In this document: piece after piece, positions 1 to 10,898 of the stretch
Layout of the letters: the number at the start of each line of letters is the position of its first letter
How positions within the stretch are numbered: position 1 is the first letter of the stretch
From: a virus
DNA: 64,000 bases
Virus genome (UHGV): UHGV-0326727
Reading direction: 5' to 3' (one strand)
Program-made: the position numbers and the translations under genes
The notes under the pieces: generated by a model
Told to the model about the DNA's origin: nothing
The model's database searches: none
Seen by the model: the letters and a program-made list of their open reading frames with translations, nothing else

Positions 1-354
1 AGATTCTTCCACCTGCATCTTCTAACCAATCTTGTTCAGAAGAATAATTAGAGCTTAACCAGCGTTTAAAATCATCTGACCAGATAGTCCAACGTTCTCC
101 GTCATTTTCACCCCAAGTGCGGAAACGGAGTTCACCAAGCTTATTCTCTCCGTTCAGGAACCATAAAGCTTCCCCAATAACTTGCCGTGTAAACACCTGT
201 TTAGATGTTAAGAGTGGGAAACCAGTTCGCATATCAAAACGAAACTGAGGTGGAGCAAATGCAGAGATAACATCTCCAGTTCGTGTAGTACGCAGTTCAC
301 CAACGGATAGAACATGGTTCAGGATATTTTTGTAACTTGAGTCTGCTTGTGACA
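1..354 (-). CDS. thyA: thymidylate synthase, N-terminal part (gene runs off window start)
   Basis: Minus-strand ATG at 352-354, 3 nt past the frd stop; N-terminus ...RTTRTGDVISAFAPPQFRFDMRTGFPLLTSKQV...EALWFLNGE resembles the ThyA dUMP-binding region; frd-td order. Confidence 0.7.
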
Positions 355-356
355 TA

Positions 357-902
357 TCAAAAGTGTCCTTTTACTTGTGGAACATAAATTTCAAAAGTTG
401 CTTTACCATCCTCTGATGGTTTTGACTGTACCTTTGTAAATACACGGTTATCATACAACTTCTCGAAGAAGTTTTCAAAAGGTAAATGCACAGTGGCCTC
501 TTCAGTAACTTTATGAAAGACTGTATGGAACACTACATCAGCATACGGTAAAGCATTGACAAGGACACCTGCACCACCAATTACAAAGACATCTTCATCA
601 ATAGAGCTATCAAGATATTTCAAAAATGCTCCAAATGACTCTTTACTGGCTTTTGCATACATTACATCATCTTTGCCAAAGTCTATGCCTAAGTATGGTA
701 CAGAATTTGTTAAGATTAGGTTTGCACGTTCTGGTAAAGGTTTACTACCCAGAGTCTTAAAAGTCTCATTCCCCATCACTACTAAGTTGTTTTTAGTGAG
801 TCTCTTAAACTCTTGCATATCCTGTTTATGTCGAGGCCACGGCATACCAGTTGGAGTACCAAACTCCCCATTTTCACCACTTGCAAAGATTAGTTTAATC
901 AT
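357..902 (-). CDS. frd: dihydrofolate reductase
   Basis: 181 aa; MIKLIFASGENGEFG...GMPW...LVVMGNETF pattern typical of DHFR; adjacent to thyA. Confidence 0.8.
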   Translation of the reverse strand: MIKLIFASGENGEFGTPTGMPWPRHKQDMQEFKRLTKNNLVVMGNETFKTLGSKPLPERANLILTNSVPYLGIDFGKDDVMYAKASKESFGAFLKYLDSSIDEDVFVIGGAGVLVNALPYADVVFHTVFHKVTEEATVHLPFENFFEKLYDNRVFTKVQSKPSEDGKATFEIYVPQVKGHF

Positions 903-1159
903 TTTATAAATCCTTTCTTAATGAACCAGTTGATAACATTCTTCACAGCTTTATTGCTATGGTAGATTAAGTGTGGTGTAGGCTGGTATGAGCCATAGGC
1001 CCAGAATGATAGATGCTCACCACAACCAACACATGTAGTACTTTCTTCAGCTATATGACCATTAACAATCACATGAACTTCACCTTGCAAGTCTGTACAC
1101 CCACAATGTGGACAACGGATAGGTGTTCCATCAGACTCATAGCAGTGTTCAATTTTCAT
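899..1159 (-). CDS. small zinc-ribbon protein
   Basis: 86 aa; CPHCGC ... CVGCGEH cysteine pairs; 4-nt overlap with frd start. Confidence 0.4.
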   Translation of the reverse strand: MKIEHCYESDGTPIRCPHCGCTDLQGEVHVIVNGHIAEESTTCVGCGEHLSFWAYGSYQPTPHLIYHSNKAVKNVINWFIKKGFIK

Positions 1160-1675
1160 TTATTTAACCTCAAAAACTGGTTCAAGAACCAATATAAAGT
1201 CTACACAGTCATCTTCTTCATCCAGAATACCATCAAAGTTCTTAGGAACGAAGTCGAAGAGGCTCATAACAAAACAGTCAGAAGTAACCCTAATAGTGCC
1301 TCCCATATTCTCTACAGTCAACACTGTACGACTTTCTTTTACCTCTCGCAGAAGATTGCTCACAAAGTCATCTAAGAAGTACTTCATCAGTGACTTAAAA
1401 CCTTTAGGATAATCTGTACCAGAGTATGTTTCAATCTGAGGTACAAGCTTAACATTTATACTAGTCTTTGCTAAGAACGTGCTAGAGAACATACTATCAG
1501 GTAACTTACAAACAGTCTTTCCAGTACCTTCATGTTCAATCTCAACAAAACCAGCTTCGTCGCCACATGTAACTATTTTAAAAGATGCTTCATTCTCATA
1601 CTGTGAAGCCATAAACTTTTTAAGCATGACTTTAAGGAAATCTGCATGAGCATCTTGTAAGTAGATATCAATCAT
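1160..1675 (-). CDS. hypothetical protein
   Basis: 171 aa ORF tightly packed in minus-strand operon. Confidence 0.4.
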   Translation of the reverse strand: MIDIYLQDAHADFLKVMLKKFMASQYENEASFKIVTCGDEAGFVEIEHEGTGKTVCKLPDSMFSSTFLAKTSINVKLVPQIETYSGTDYPKGFKSLMKYFLDDFVSNLLREVKESRTVLTVENMGGTIRVTSDCFVMSLFDFVPKNFDGILDEEDDCVDFILVLEPVFEVK

Positions 1676-1688
1676 AGTTAATCACCTA

Positions 1689-2048
1689 TTATGGGAACAG
1701 ACACTTGATGTCATCATTTTTGAAAACAAAACTTGTGTAGTTGTGACCATCAACATCCAGCCAAACAGCCTGAACATCTACACCATCAAGATTCTGGTAA
1801 AGCTCTTTGATGAAGTGGTCTTTTACAACCTGACTGCTAGTTGTTTCCAGCTTAATGTTAGAGATTGCTGAACCTACAGCCATATAACCCATGACACGTT
1901 TCTTCTCAGTATGCTTAATCTTACCATCTTTGTAAGCCATAATGAGATTGGAAAGAATCTTCACACCATAATACTTTTCAAGGTGAGTAGGTACACCATA
2001 AAAGCCTAATGCGAAGTTTTCAGAGTGGATAATGTTTTCACGTTTCAT
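1689..2048 (-). CDS. hypothetical protein
   Basis: 119 aa ORF, operon context. Confidence 0.4.
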   Translation of the reverse strand: MKRENIIHSENFALGFYGVPTHLEKYYGVKILSNLIMAYKDGKIKHTEKKRVMGYMAVGSAISNIKLETTSSQVVKDHFIKELYQNLDGVDVQAVWLDVDGHNYTSFVFKNDDIKCLFP

Positions 2049-2049
2049 A

Positions 2050-2349
2050 TTAATCTGCCAGCCTTAAATTAAAGTTAACACCAAATTTTTCACATACTTC
2101 CAACATAAACTCAAGGGAGACATTACCAGTGAGATTGATTATGTTGGATACACGAGCCTGAGAGATACCACAAATTTTAGCAACTTGCTCTTGAGAAAGA
2201 CCTCTGGATTTAATCTCTCTCTTAAAACGATGTGCAACGAAATCTCTCATTTCGTCTACATCCATTGGACAAATATAACTCTCCATTTCAGCCTCTCTGT
2301 CAGCCTCCCAATCATCTTGTGGAGCATAAGGGTCAAAAACCTCATTCAT
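2050..2349 (-). CDS. HTH (XRE-like) DNA-binding protein
   Basis: C-terminal LSQEQVAKICGISQARVSNII helix-turn-helix signature; start moved to internal Met (MNEVFDP) just after upstream stop. Confidence 0.5.
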   Translation of the reverse strand: MNEVFDPYAPQDDWEADREAEMESYICPMDVDEMRDFVAHRFKREIKSRGLSQEQVAKICGISQARVSNIINLTGNVSLEFMLEVCEKFGVNFNLRLAD

Positions 2350-2554
2350 CTTTCTTCCTCCGTTTGCGTGGAGTGTCAATCAATGAATCTATGTTTGTAG
2401 CCCTAACCTTTTCACGTTCATCGTTAAGGTAATCATCAAGAGCCTTTTCAATCTGTGAATCATCTTGACAGATAACTGTAAAGACTGTAAAGCCATCTGT
2501 ATCATCAATTATCTTACCATAACCGCTTCTGGGATGTAACTTTTTAAGAGCCAT
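2342..2554 (-). CDS. hypothetical protein, basic C-terminus
   Basis: 70 aa ORF ending ...PRKRRKKDE. Confidence 0.3.
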   Translation of the reverse strand: MALKKLHPRSGYGKIIDDTDGFTVFTVICQDDSQIEKALDDYLNDEREKVRATNIDSLIDTPRKRRKKDE

Positions 2555-2555
2555 A

Positions 2556-2939
2556 TCAAATACCTGTGCAGCTTCTGTTTTCTAAGAAATACTCAACACC
2601 ATACATAGCTTTTTGCATCAAATCTTCTTTAAACTGAATACGATGATTAAGCATAGCCTGTACATCAATATCATCATGGTGCTTCTCTTTAATATTTGCA
2701 GATTGCAGGAAATACTCTGCAAGAACACGATACTGATAGTCAGTTACCTTGTCAGTCATCTCTGTTAAAGATTCTTCAGAGATTGGTTTAAGTAACTCAC
2801 CATTAGCCAAAGCAACACCTTTAACAATCTGACAAGTGTCTTCTGGAACACCTGATAAGTCCACATTTGGAAGTTCTGTTGCATTGACTGGTAAATTCAT
2901 TGCCATAACCATTGCAGCGGCTAATAAAATCTTTTTCAT
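2556..2939 (-). CDS. secreted protein with signal peptide
   Basis: N-terminus MKKILLAAAMVMAMNLPVNA resembles a Sec signal peptide. Confidence 0.45.
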   Translation of the reverse strand: MKKILLAAAMVMAMNLPVNATELPNVDLSGVPEDTCQIVKGVALANGELLKPISEESLTEMTDKVTDYQYRVLAEYFLQSANIKEKHHDDIDVQAMLNHRIQFKEDLMQKAMYGVEYFLENRSCTGI

Positions 2940-3327
2940 AATGACCTCAAAGTTATATTAAATTTTGTATTACATTGAGTATAAAAATAAGCTATAACAC
3001 CTGACTTGTCAACAGATTTTATAGCTTATTTGGCAGATTTTTTATAAGGCTACTGCCATCCTTCCATACATTACCTTACCTTACCTCACCTGACCTGACC
3101 TGACCCTACCTAACATTACCGTGCCACACCTCACTTAAAAACCCTCTTAAAAGACTCTTAAGTGATGTAAGTCTCATTTTAATGTAGCTGAGACTAACTA
3201 CCCATACCTGACCGAACATTACTAGGCCTTACCAGACACTACAGAACAGGACAGCACCGCACCTTATTAAAAGACCCTGTTTAAAGACCTTTTAAAAAGG
3301 AGCCTCCGAAGAGGCTACCTAGTCAAC
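2940..3327. repeat. ORF-free modular repeat region (5-bp periodic ACC tract plus conserved blocks), copy 1
   Basis: cattaccttaccttacctcacctgacctgacctgaccctacc; shares a 42-bp identical block taagtctcattttaatgtagctgagactaactacccatacct and two 35-40 bp near-identical blocks with 4374-4786. Confidence 0.7.
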
Positions 3328-3768
3328 TTAGAAAGGTTTTCTACGTTGCTTGTTAATGTTAGCTTTCATAGCAGCTAAGTGGTTTTGCTGTTCAATCAGT
3401 CGTGAGCGTTCTTGATGGCTAAGTTCCATAGTGTTCACATTCTCAATAGCTTGAGTGGCTTGCTTTAAAGCTCGACCAATCTTACCAGACATTTTACGTT
3501 TTGCAATAGTTGCTTGATGTTTAGGTTCAACCACACGATAACCAACACCCATTGAAGCAACCAGATAAATCTTCTCTTCTTTAAGAAGCTTCTCAATAAA
3601 CTTCTCAAGTCGGTTTAGACGTGTAAGTGCATAAGCCTTCATTTCATCTTCGTACTTAACAATGTCGCCTTGATAAGTTGGCTTCATAATACCTAAGAAG
3701 GTGTCCATCTCAGAATGTGATACAGTGTCACCGTAACTAAACTTTGCTGCTAATGCTTTTGTATTCAT
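3328..3768 (-). CDS. hypothetical protein
   Basis: 146 aa ORF flanked by the two repeat regions. Confidence 0.4.
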   Translation of the reverse strand: MNTKALAAKFSYGDTVSHSEMDTFLGIMKPTYQGDIVKYEDEMKAYALTRLNRLEKFIEKLLKEEKIYLVASMGVGYRVVEPKHQATIAKRKMSGKIGRALKQATQAIENVNTMELSHQERSRLIEQQNHLAAMKANINKQRRKPF

Positions 3769-3770
3769 AA

Positions 3771-4786
<1,016 letters not shown>

Positions 4787-5890
4787 TTATTCATAATCTC
4801 GTATAACGAGGCCAACAGGGAACTGTAAAGAACCTTTACGAGTCATCTTCTGGAACTGAACCGTCAAAGGTTTCCCGATAAACTCTTCAGGATGTTCAGC
4901 AAGATACTGTTTCTTCTCATGAGTAGTCTTCCATGAGACATCTACAAAGACGTTAGGAAGAGTCTCTACAACGAACTTGCCATGACCACGCTTATCAGTC
5001 TTTACACCAGTCACTTTAAACTCTTCAGTGTGCATCTTCTTGTGCTTAATCAAGAAGTATGAACGGTGACAACACTCATAGAAGGAGTCTTCAGAGATTG
5101 AACGGTACATTGCACCTTCAAACTTGGCTTCAACCCACTTATCATGAGCTTCATCAAACTCTTCCCAAGAATTTACACGACGAGACTTAACAGGAACAAC
5201 TTTACAGCCGTCTCTAAAGTCATTCAATGGTGAAGTCTCAATAATATCTCTACGCTCAGGCCACGTCTTAGTACTGTCACAGATATCGTACCAGTAAAAC
5301 TTGAGCAAGTGTCTGTCAGGATTGTCTTCATTTTTAATCATGGAGACGATATCTTCTAAGTCCCACCCATGAGCATAAATCTCTCCATCAAATTCATCAA
5401 CATCTTTGTGGAGCCTTAACATTGCCATAATGTCAGGTATTAGTTCAGTAGGGATTTTATAAACAGTATTCTCACGAGAGTATGCTGTAAATACACTACC
5501 AATGCTTAAGTGCCTCGAAATCCTACAACGGACACCATCAAGCTTCGGTTGAGCATCAGCAGGGAATTTCAAATACTTTGCATGACTAACCTTTGCAGCA
5601 TCATGAGCAAGCTGCACACCTACCTTCTCAGTATTCTGTGCAGACTCTTTTGTGTAAGCATAGCCTTTGCGGTCAACTTGCTTTTTATACTTAGCAGCAA
5701 CTTCAAAGAGAGCTTGCTGTTCAGCGTTACGCTCATTCTTTTTACCGATGTTTTTCGGTTCTGCTGTGTACTCTTCAAACATCATCTTGCCATTTTCTTT
5801 ACCGTAGGTTGTAATAACTTTGTCACCTACAGCAACGCATGACCAGACGTTAAAAGAGCCGTCTTTATTTTGTTTGTACAGTATTGTCAT
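4787..5890 (-). CDS. ATP-dependent DNA ligase (T7-like size)
   Basis: Nucleotidyltransferase motif I KLDGVR (PKLDGVRC), motif IV-like EGAMYRS, motif V-like LIKHKK; start set at MTILYKQ with GAGGA RBS. Confidence 0.65.
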   Translation of the reverse strand: MTILYKQNKDGSFNVWSCVAVGDKVITTYGKENGKMMFEEYTAEPKNIGKKNERNAEQQALFEVAAKYKKQVDRKGYAYTKESAQNTEKVGVQLAHDAAKVSHAKYLKFPADAQPKLDGVRCRISRHLSIGSVFTAYSRENTVYKIPTELIPDIMAMLRLHKDVDEFDGEIYAHGWDLEDIVSMIKNEDNPDRHLLKFYWYDICDSTKTWPERRDIIETSPLNDFRDGCKVVPVKSRRVNSWEEFDEAHDKWVEAKFEGAMYRSISEDSFYECCHRSYFLIKHKKMHTEEFKVTGVKTDKRGHGKFVVETLPNVFVDVSWKTTHEKKQYLAEHPEEFIGKPLTVQFQKMTRKGSLQFPVGLVIRDYE

Positions 5891-5891
5891 T

Positions 5892-6083
5892 TTATTCCTC
5901 TGAGTGATACCAAGTATTGCAAGCATTACATGCGTAAAGCTCTAAGTCATTTTTATCTGGTTTATGAAAACAGTTTGCTCCGCAGTGGCAACGAAACGGC
6001 TTTCCACCAACTGTCAGGATGAAGGATTGAACCTTTCCATCAGGAGTTCGTACAGCATTTTTATGCTTGTCTTCTTTGTTCAT
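5892..6083 (-). CDS. small Zn-binding protein
   Basis: 63 aa; CHCGANC...CNAC cysteine/histidine cluster. Confidence 0.35.
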   Translation of the reverse strand: MNKEDKHKNAVRTPDGKVQSFILTVGGKPFRCHCGANCFHKPDKNDLELYACNACNTWYHSEE

Positions 6084-6286
6084 TTTCTCTTACCACCAAT
6101 CTCTACGTCGATAACTTGAACATCACCAGCAACATCAAACTTATGAATGATGCTTCCCACAGTGTAAGTCCAACCCTCGATGCGAACCAACTCACCTTCT
6201 CGTGGGACGATTGGATTACGTTGAGCTACGGTTGTAGTGGAGTGAACAACATCATAACAATAGATATAGTTTACTAGGACTTCCAT
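6080..6286 (-). CDS. hypothetical protein
   Basis: Start moved to internal Met (MEVLVNY) with GAGG RBS so it no longer overlaps the lipoprotein gene. Confidence 0.3.
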   Translation of the reverse strand: MEVLVNYIYCYDVVHSTTTVAQRNPIVPREGELVRIEGWTYTVGSIIHKFDVAGDVQVIDVEIGGKRK

Positions 6287-6296
6287 CTTGAAAACC

Positions 6297-6533
6297 TCAC
6301 TCAATAACAGTAGTGTGTGATTGACCATTTTTGCCATAGCTATAAGATGTTGTTGTTTGAGAGTTTGGACATCTGACAACAACAATATCTCTGCTTATGG
6401 CATCACCATGTAACTTATAGACCTTACAATCTTGCATTTCTGGTGGGAGGCTATAAGAAGCATTCTTATCTTCATAAGAAGGGTTGCAGCCAGTTAGAAA
6501 AATAACACCAAGTGTAATTACTGCTTTCCACAT
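6297..6533 (-). CDS. small lipoprotein
   Basis: MWKAVITLGVIFLTGCNP: signal peptide with lipobox LTGC. Confidence 0.45.
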   Translation of the reverse strand: MWKAVITLGVIFLTGCNPSYEDKNASYSLPPEMQDCKVYKLHGDAISRDIVVVRCPNSQTTTSYSYGKNGQSHTTVIE

Positions 6534-6721
6534 AACACATCTCCTGTTTTATTGTTCACGATGTTCTACTTCTCTGTATGTACGCCGGTAGTTTATGATG
6601 AGTTGTGCTAATTCGTTGCTTTTAACATCTGAACGTAGCAGTTGCCAATCAAAACCTTTACCGACTCTCCCATATAAACTAAATAATTTTACTTTGCGTT
6701 TCATTTTGGTGTTCCCAATAC

Positions 6722-6949
6722 TCAGAGGTCAATACTGATACGTTCACCCTTAAGGACTCCTGTGCGGTCTCTTGCAATCTTACCGTCAACAATAAGGATA
6801 TGCGCAGACTTTAAAGATTCACTATTAAAACCTTTTACGAACTTACTAGGCATCACCACAATAAGCATCTCTTGAATCAACTCTGGAGTGTAGCAATTAT
6901 CGTGAAGTTGCTGAATAACGTCTGCAAGTGTCATTTTTGATGTCTCCAA
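6722..6949 (-). CDS. small protein, paralog of 7137-7355
   Basis: Shared C-terminal block GKIARDRTGVLKGERISIDL vs GKIAKDKTGYLKGERVNIESLL. Confidence 0.45.
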   Translation of the reverse strand: METSKMTLADVIQQLHDNCYTPELIQEMLIVVMPSKFVKGFNSESLKSAHILIVDGKIARDRTGVLKGERISIDL

Positions 6950-7140
6950 TATTCAATATCAATAAGTTCTTGTGCAATGCTTTTCAGATTACCTTTCAAG
7001 AAAACCTTCTCAGAACCTGAAAGAGATGAATTGTCAATTAGCCTGTTCATTCTCTCAAACAACTTCTGCTTACGGTTCTTGATAGTTTCCTTTGAAGCAC
7101 CTTTCATCATTGCTGCATGGGTTCTTCCACGGTGGCTCAT
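6931..7140 (-). CDS. small basic protein
   Basis: 69 aa ORF between the two paralogs; Lys/Arg rich. Confidence 0.3.
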   Translation of the reverse strand: MSHRGRTHAAMMKGASKETIKNRKQKLFERMNRLIDNSSLSGSEKVFLKGNLKSIAQELIDIEYWRHQK

Positions 7141-7355
7141 AGTAAACTCTCAATATTTACACGCTCACCTTTTAAGTAGCCTGTCTTATCTTTTGCGATT
7201 TTACCTCCAGCAATAAAGATATCTACTCTACGTAGAACTTCAGGGTTTACCTTCAAATTCCTACAGCTACTGCAAAGAACAATAAACATCCCTTCAATCT
7301 CTTTTTGAGAATAACCTGCACATTGCAACTGAACTTCAATCTCTGAAAGTGTCAT
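7137..7355 (-). CDS. small protein, paralog of 6722-6949
   Basis: See 6722-6949. Confidence 0.45.
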   Translation of the reverse strand: MTLSEIEVQLQCAGYSQKEIEGMFIVLCSSCRNLKVNPEVLRRVDIFIAGGKIAKDKTGYLKGERVNIESLL

Positions 7356-7406
7356 ATGTCCTCCTATACAAGATATTGTATAAGGTACTCTTCCATGAGC
7401 ACCTTG

Positions 7407-7931
7407 TCAAGATAGTTTTGCGAACTCTCCGTGTAGTTTTATAGCAGCTTCACAGTAAGCTTTATGGGCTTCTTCTGGTGTGTCAAACATACCAAGATGA
7501 TAGTTTTTACCCTGTAAACGAATCATTGCTCTAAACCTTTTACTTATTTTCTGTACACCTTTTGGCAATCCAGATAGGGACTTTCTTGACCGATTACAAG
7601 AGTTTTGTGAGGCTGTACAAACCCTCAAATTCAAGTATCTATTATCCCAACCATCTCCATTCTTATGGTCAACCTGTAAGGTTTTATCAGGTAGATACCC
7701 ATCCATGTATAGTATTACTAAACGGTTAGCTTGGTAGCCTTTACCATCAAGCAACAACTGAACAGACTTGTGACCATCTGTATTTATCCTATAATTACCT
7801 GCCTTTTTACCTCCAAAACGAGAGTTGAAGTTCCTATTACCTCGTGATATTGGCTCTCTAAACTTCCAAGTAAAGACCCCTGTTTCGGGGTCGTAGTCCA
7901 GTAGTTCCTTAAGACGAATTTCTGTAATCAT
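7407..7931 (-). CDS. HNH homing endonuclease with AP2-type DNA-binding domain
   Basis: HNH motif VDHKNGDGWDNRYLNLRVCT; C-terminal AP2-like FRAMIRLQGKNYHLGMFDTPEEAHKAYCEAA; free-standing 10 nt downstream of the polymerase stop; start set at in-frame ATG 7929-7931. Confidence 0.7.
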   Translation of the reverse strand: MITEIRLKELLDYDPETGVFTWKFREPISRGNRNFNSRFGGKKAGNYRINTDGHKSVQLLLDGKGYQANRLVILYMDGYLPDKTLQVDHKNGDGWDNRYLNLRVCTASQNSCNRSRKSLSGLPKGVQKISKRFRAMIRLQGKNYHLGMFDTPEEAHKAYCEAAIKLHGEFAKLS

Positions 7932-7941
7932 TTCAATACCA

Positions 7942-10671
7942 TCAATGCACTTCCAACCAGCTCTTACCAACCTTACCAGTGCCAGTTACAAGCGTCTCTC
8001 TCTTCAAACCCAAATTCTGAGATGCCTGACCATACATCCAGTCAGTTATAGCTTTAACCTCTTGAGTCATACTTTCTGGGCATTCCCAACTGTTTTCATC
8101 GTGGTATGCCAGCAAAAGTCTAGCACCGATTGCTGGTTTTCGTCCATTTAATTTTGTCAACCCTTCTTCACATGCCCTTCTACAAGCAAGGTTAATTGCC
8201 TCATTTTGAATCTGAGCCTCTGAACCCATCAAAAGATAGTTCAACAGTTTGTGTGGAGATTTACACCACAACCAAGCTCCAGCAACCCTTACAAAACCCC
8301 CTTTAGAGATTGCAGCAGTCTTACCAAACACCTCTTCAAGTGCCTTTTTAGTCGCTTTGTAGTCAGCTTCCAAGTCATCTAGCAGCTTCTTAATCTTAGG
8401 CAAACGGATAAAGTAAGTCTGTTTAGTCAGTGCACCTTCCTGAGTAGTTGCAGCTTTAATTGTCTTAGCAAACTTCTCATCACCTGCACCAAACAGTAGT
8501 GCATAGATGCCATTCTTAGCTTTCTTACGACCCTTGCTAATCTCATGAAGAAGGTTCTCATCCTGAGTAGCTCGACAAGTCAAGATATCCTGCTCATCAT
8601 TCAAGCTAAAGTAAATACTATTCAGTGTGTGTGCATCAGTCCCTGAATAGACAACGTAAAGGTCATTCTCAGAGTCATAACGCAGATACTTGTCAACTTC
8701 TGGGTTAAGGTACTCATCAAAATGTTTGCAGTAATAGCGTCCGTCTTCTTGACGAATAAATTCAATCTCTTCTTTACCTTGCGTTACCGCTTTGGTGAAG
8801 TCTTTGTCACCCATGAAGTTACAAAGAAGAACTAGCTGGGCTGAGTTCATGTCTACAGAGACAACGTTAGTACCTTCTTCACAAATCCACACTGCCCTCA
8901 TTGGTTCCCCATAGACAGCAGCACCAGACGGTACGTTTACAATACCATATTGTGTCATACGTCCAGTTGAAGTACCAAATACCATTGCACCAGCACTAAG
9001 GCGACCATCTGGACGAATCTGGTTCAACCAACCTTTTTCATCATCCTTTGAGTTCTCAATAGTTCTGCGTCTGTGCATCAAAGTATAGTACTTAGCAATC
9101 TTCTGTCCAAGCTCACCTTCAATCGTATCATAAGATGATTCAGTAAGCTTTGGTGAAGTCCTAATCAGACAAGGTTCAAGTAAATCTGTGTACTTCTTAA
9201 CAGACCAGTTATGCTCAATGTACTGGACACCTTCATGTTCAACATAACTCAAACCACACCGTTCAACCATCTCCTGCCACTTAGGATGCTTGGTAATCAT
9301 CTTTTTGTTGTCTTTGAAACGACAAACCTTAACAGGACGACCATCTGAGTCTTTCTTGTAGTTCCAGTCATCTGGAATCCAACCAACTGATTTCAAGTAG
9401 TCTTTAACAACTGCTACCTGAGTCATACGAGAAACTTCGAACTCAATTGGTGTATATGGTGCATCAATCAAACCTGTGTAGCGACTTGACTCAAGCTCAA
9501 AGTGGTTAACAACATGGCTGTTATAGTACTTCACAGTCTTAACTGTTTTTACTGGCTTCCAGTCTTTGCACTTCTTACCAATCTTTGCATTCAACTCATT
9601 GCAAATTGCACGAGCATCCTTCATTGCTACAAAGCCTTCATTGTACTCTTCACCAGTTACAGAGTTGGTTGGTGTATAGCAATTCCGCTTTTCAATGTTA
9701 AAAATCTTTGTAGTTGGCTTACCAAATGGCTTGATTTCATATGTCTGCATTTCACCATTACGTACCTGCTGACGATACTTTGTCTTAGGGTACTTGGTAA
9801 TTCTCTTCAGTCCATCTGCATGACCGAATGCTTCAACATACTCATTCCAAGCTTTTGCAAATTCTTCTCCAGTGACTTTACCTTTGGTCTTAATAGTTGG
9901 TGGAAGGTGTGGTTCAACTTCTGAAGCAAGCTCATTAGTCAACTTGTCAAGTTCCTTTGCATGGAACTCCATAAGCTCTTTATCAGCTTTCCAACCATTG
10001 ATAGCCTGTTGACTCATCCAGAAAGATGTTTCTTTAGCTCGCATATAGGTTTCATAAGTATCTATGCCACACTTCTTCAGCTTGAGATATTCATTATCCA
10101 GTGCACGTTTAGTTTTGGCGTTAATACGGATATCTTCTACAACACGAGTGAAGATTTCTGCATTCCACACACCCCAATGTTCAATCTCTGGTTTACGTAC
10201 ACCAACACGAGCACCCCATGCTGCCAAGCCATGAGCACCTTTATAACCTTTTGGAGTTGGTCTATCCATCCACTGAACACGAGACTGGATAAGAGAATCC
10301 TGAAAGAAATTACTCCACGGCTTACACTTTGGATTATCAAAGTTCCACAAATCAGGTGCAATGTGATTGAAAACCCACCAGTCATACCCCAGACCATTAT
10401 GGATGCAGAGTCGTTTTGCCTTTAACGCAAACTCAATGCCTTCACGTAAGCCACCCTTAATGTACTTGGTATACTTGTGACCGAGGATAGGTTCATCTGT
10501 AAAGACCCATACAGGCGGCTCTTCATCGTCAGATTTATAGTCTGCGAAAGCCATTACGTGCACTTTAGTGAACTCAAGGAGTAAACCATCAGTTTCTGTA
10601 TCACCAACTAAATGTAAGTTTTTAAAATCTACGTTTTCCATTTTTACTCCCTCTAAAATCATTAACCTCAT
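7942..10671 (-). CDS. DNA polymerase, family A (Pol I-like) with 3'-5' exonuclease domain
   Basis: 909 aa; exo I motif GDTETDGL; motif B-like RKKAKNGIYALLFGAG; motif C YHDE; C-terminus ends ...SWLEVH (terminal His typical of family A). Confidence 0.85.
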   Translation of the reverse strand: MRLMILEGVKMENVDFKNLHLVGDTETDGLLLEFTKVHVMAFADYKSDDEEPPVWVFTDEPILGHKYTKYIKGGLREGIEFALKAKRLCIHNGLGYDWWVFNHIAPDLWNFDNPKCKPWSNFFQDSLIQSRVQWMDRPTPKGYKGAHGLAAWGARVGVRKPEIEHWGVWNAEIFTRVVEDIRINAKTKRALDNEYLKLKKCGIDTYETYMRAKETSFWMSQQAINGWKADKELMEFHAKELDKLTNELASEVEPHLPPTIKTKGKVTGEEFAKAWNEYVEAFGHADGLKRITKYPKTKYRQQVRNGEMQTYEIKPFGKPTTKIFNIEKRNCYTPTNSVTGEEYNEGFVAMKDARAICNELNAKIGKKCKDWKPVKTVKTVKYYNSHVVNHFELESSRYTGLIDAPYTPIEFEVSRMTQVAVVKDYLKSVGWIPDDWNYKKDSDGRPVKVCRFKDNKKMITKHPKWQEMVERCGLSYVEHEGVQYIEHNWSVKKYTDLLEPCLIRTSPKLTESSYDTIEGELGQKIAKYYTLMHRRRTIENSKDDEKGWLNQIRPDGRLSAGAMVFGTSTGRMTQYGIVNVPSGAAVYGEPMRAVWICEEGTNVVSVDMNSAQLVLLCNFMGDKDFTKAVTQGKEEIEFIRQEDGRYYCKHFDEYLNPEVDKYLRYDSENDLYVVYSGTDAHTLNSIYFSLNDEQDILTCRATQDENLLHEISKGRKKAKNGIYALLFGAGDEKFAKTIKAATTQEGALTKQTYFIRLPKIKKLLDDLEADYKATKKALEEVFGKTAAISKGGFVRVAGAWLWCKSPHKLLNYLLMGSEAQIQNEAINLACRRACEEGLTKLNGRKPAIGARLLLAYHDENSWECPESMTQEVKAITDWMYGQASQNLGLKRETLVTGTGKVGKSWLEVH

Positions 10672-10701
10672 ACATTACTGCAAAAAATTATAAAAAGCAA
10701 G

Positions 10702-10730
10702 TTGACAATGTGCTTGACAAGGTGTTAATC
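10702..10730 (+). promoter_or_regulatory. sigma70-like promoter in divergent intergenic region
   Basis: A-rich upstream, TTGACA (10702-10707), 17-bp spacer containing a second TTGACAAGGTG, -10 TTAATC. Confidence 0.4.
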
Positions 10731-10898
10731 TTTGCGAAGTGGGTTTTTACTTAAAAGGTTACTTAACAGTTTAACTATACAGATACTTTAAAACTCTTAA
10801 AAGATTATTTAATAGCTTTTAAAAAGCTTTAAAGTATAACGTATAGAATACGTTAAGATAAAAGATTAAAACTTAATAGTTACTTAAAAGAGGCTTAC

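Noticed and set aside
4787-5890. RNA ligase identity for the ligase gene (as a partner for a split tRNA)
   Set aside because: Motif I is KLDGVR (KxDGxR), which fits ATP-dependent DNA ligases better than Rnl1/Rnl2-type RNA ligases; kept as DNA ligase.
9502-10425. Plus-strand ORFs 9502-9924, 9961-10425 and minus ORF 10137-10397 inside the polymerase gene
   Set aside because: They are antisense or out of frame within a strongly supported polymerase CDS, with low-complexity hydrophobic translations.
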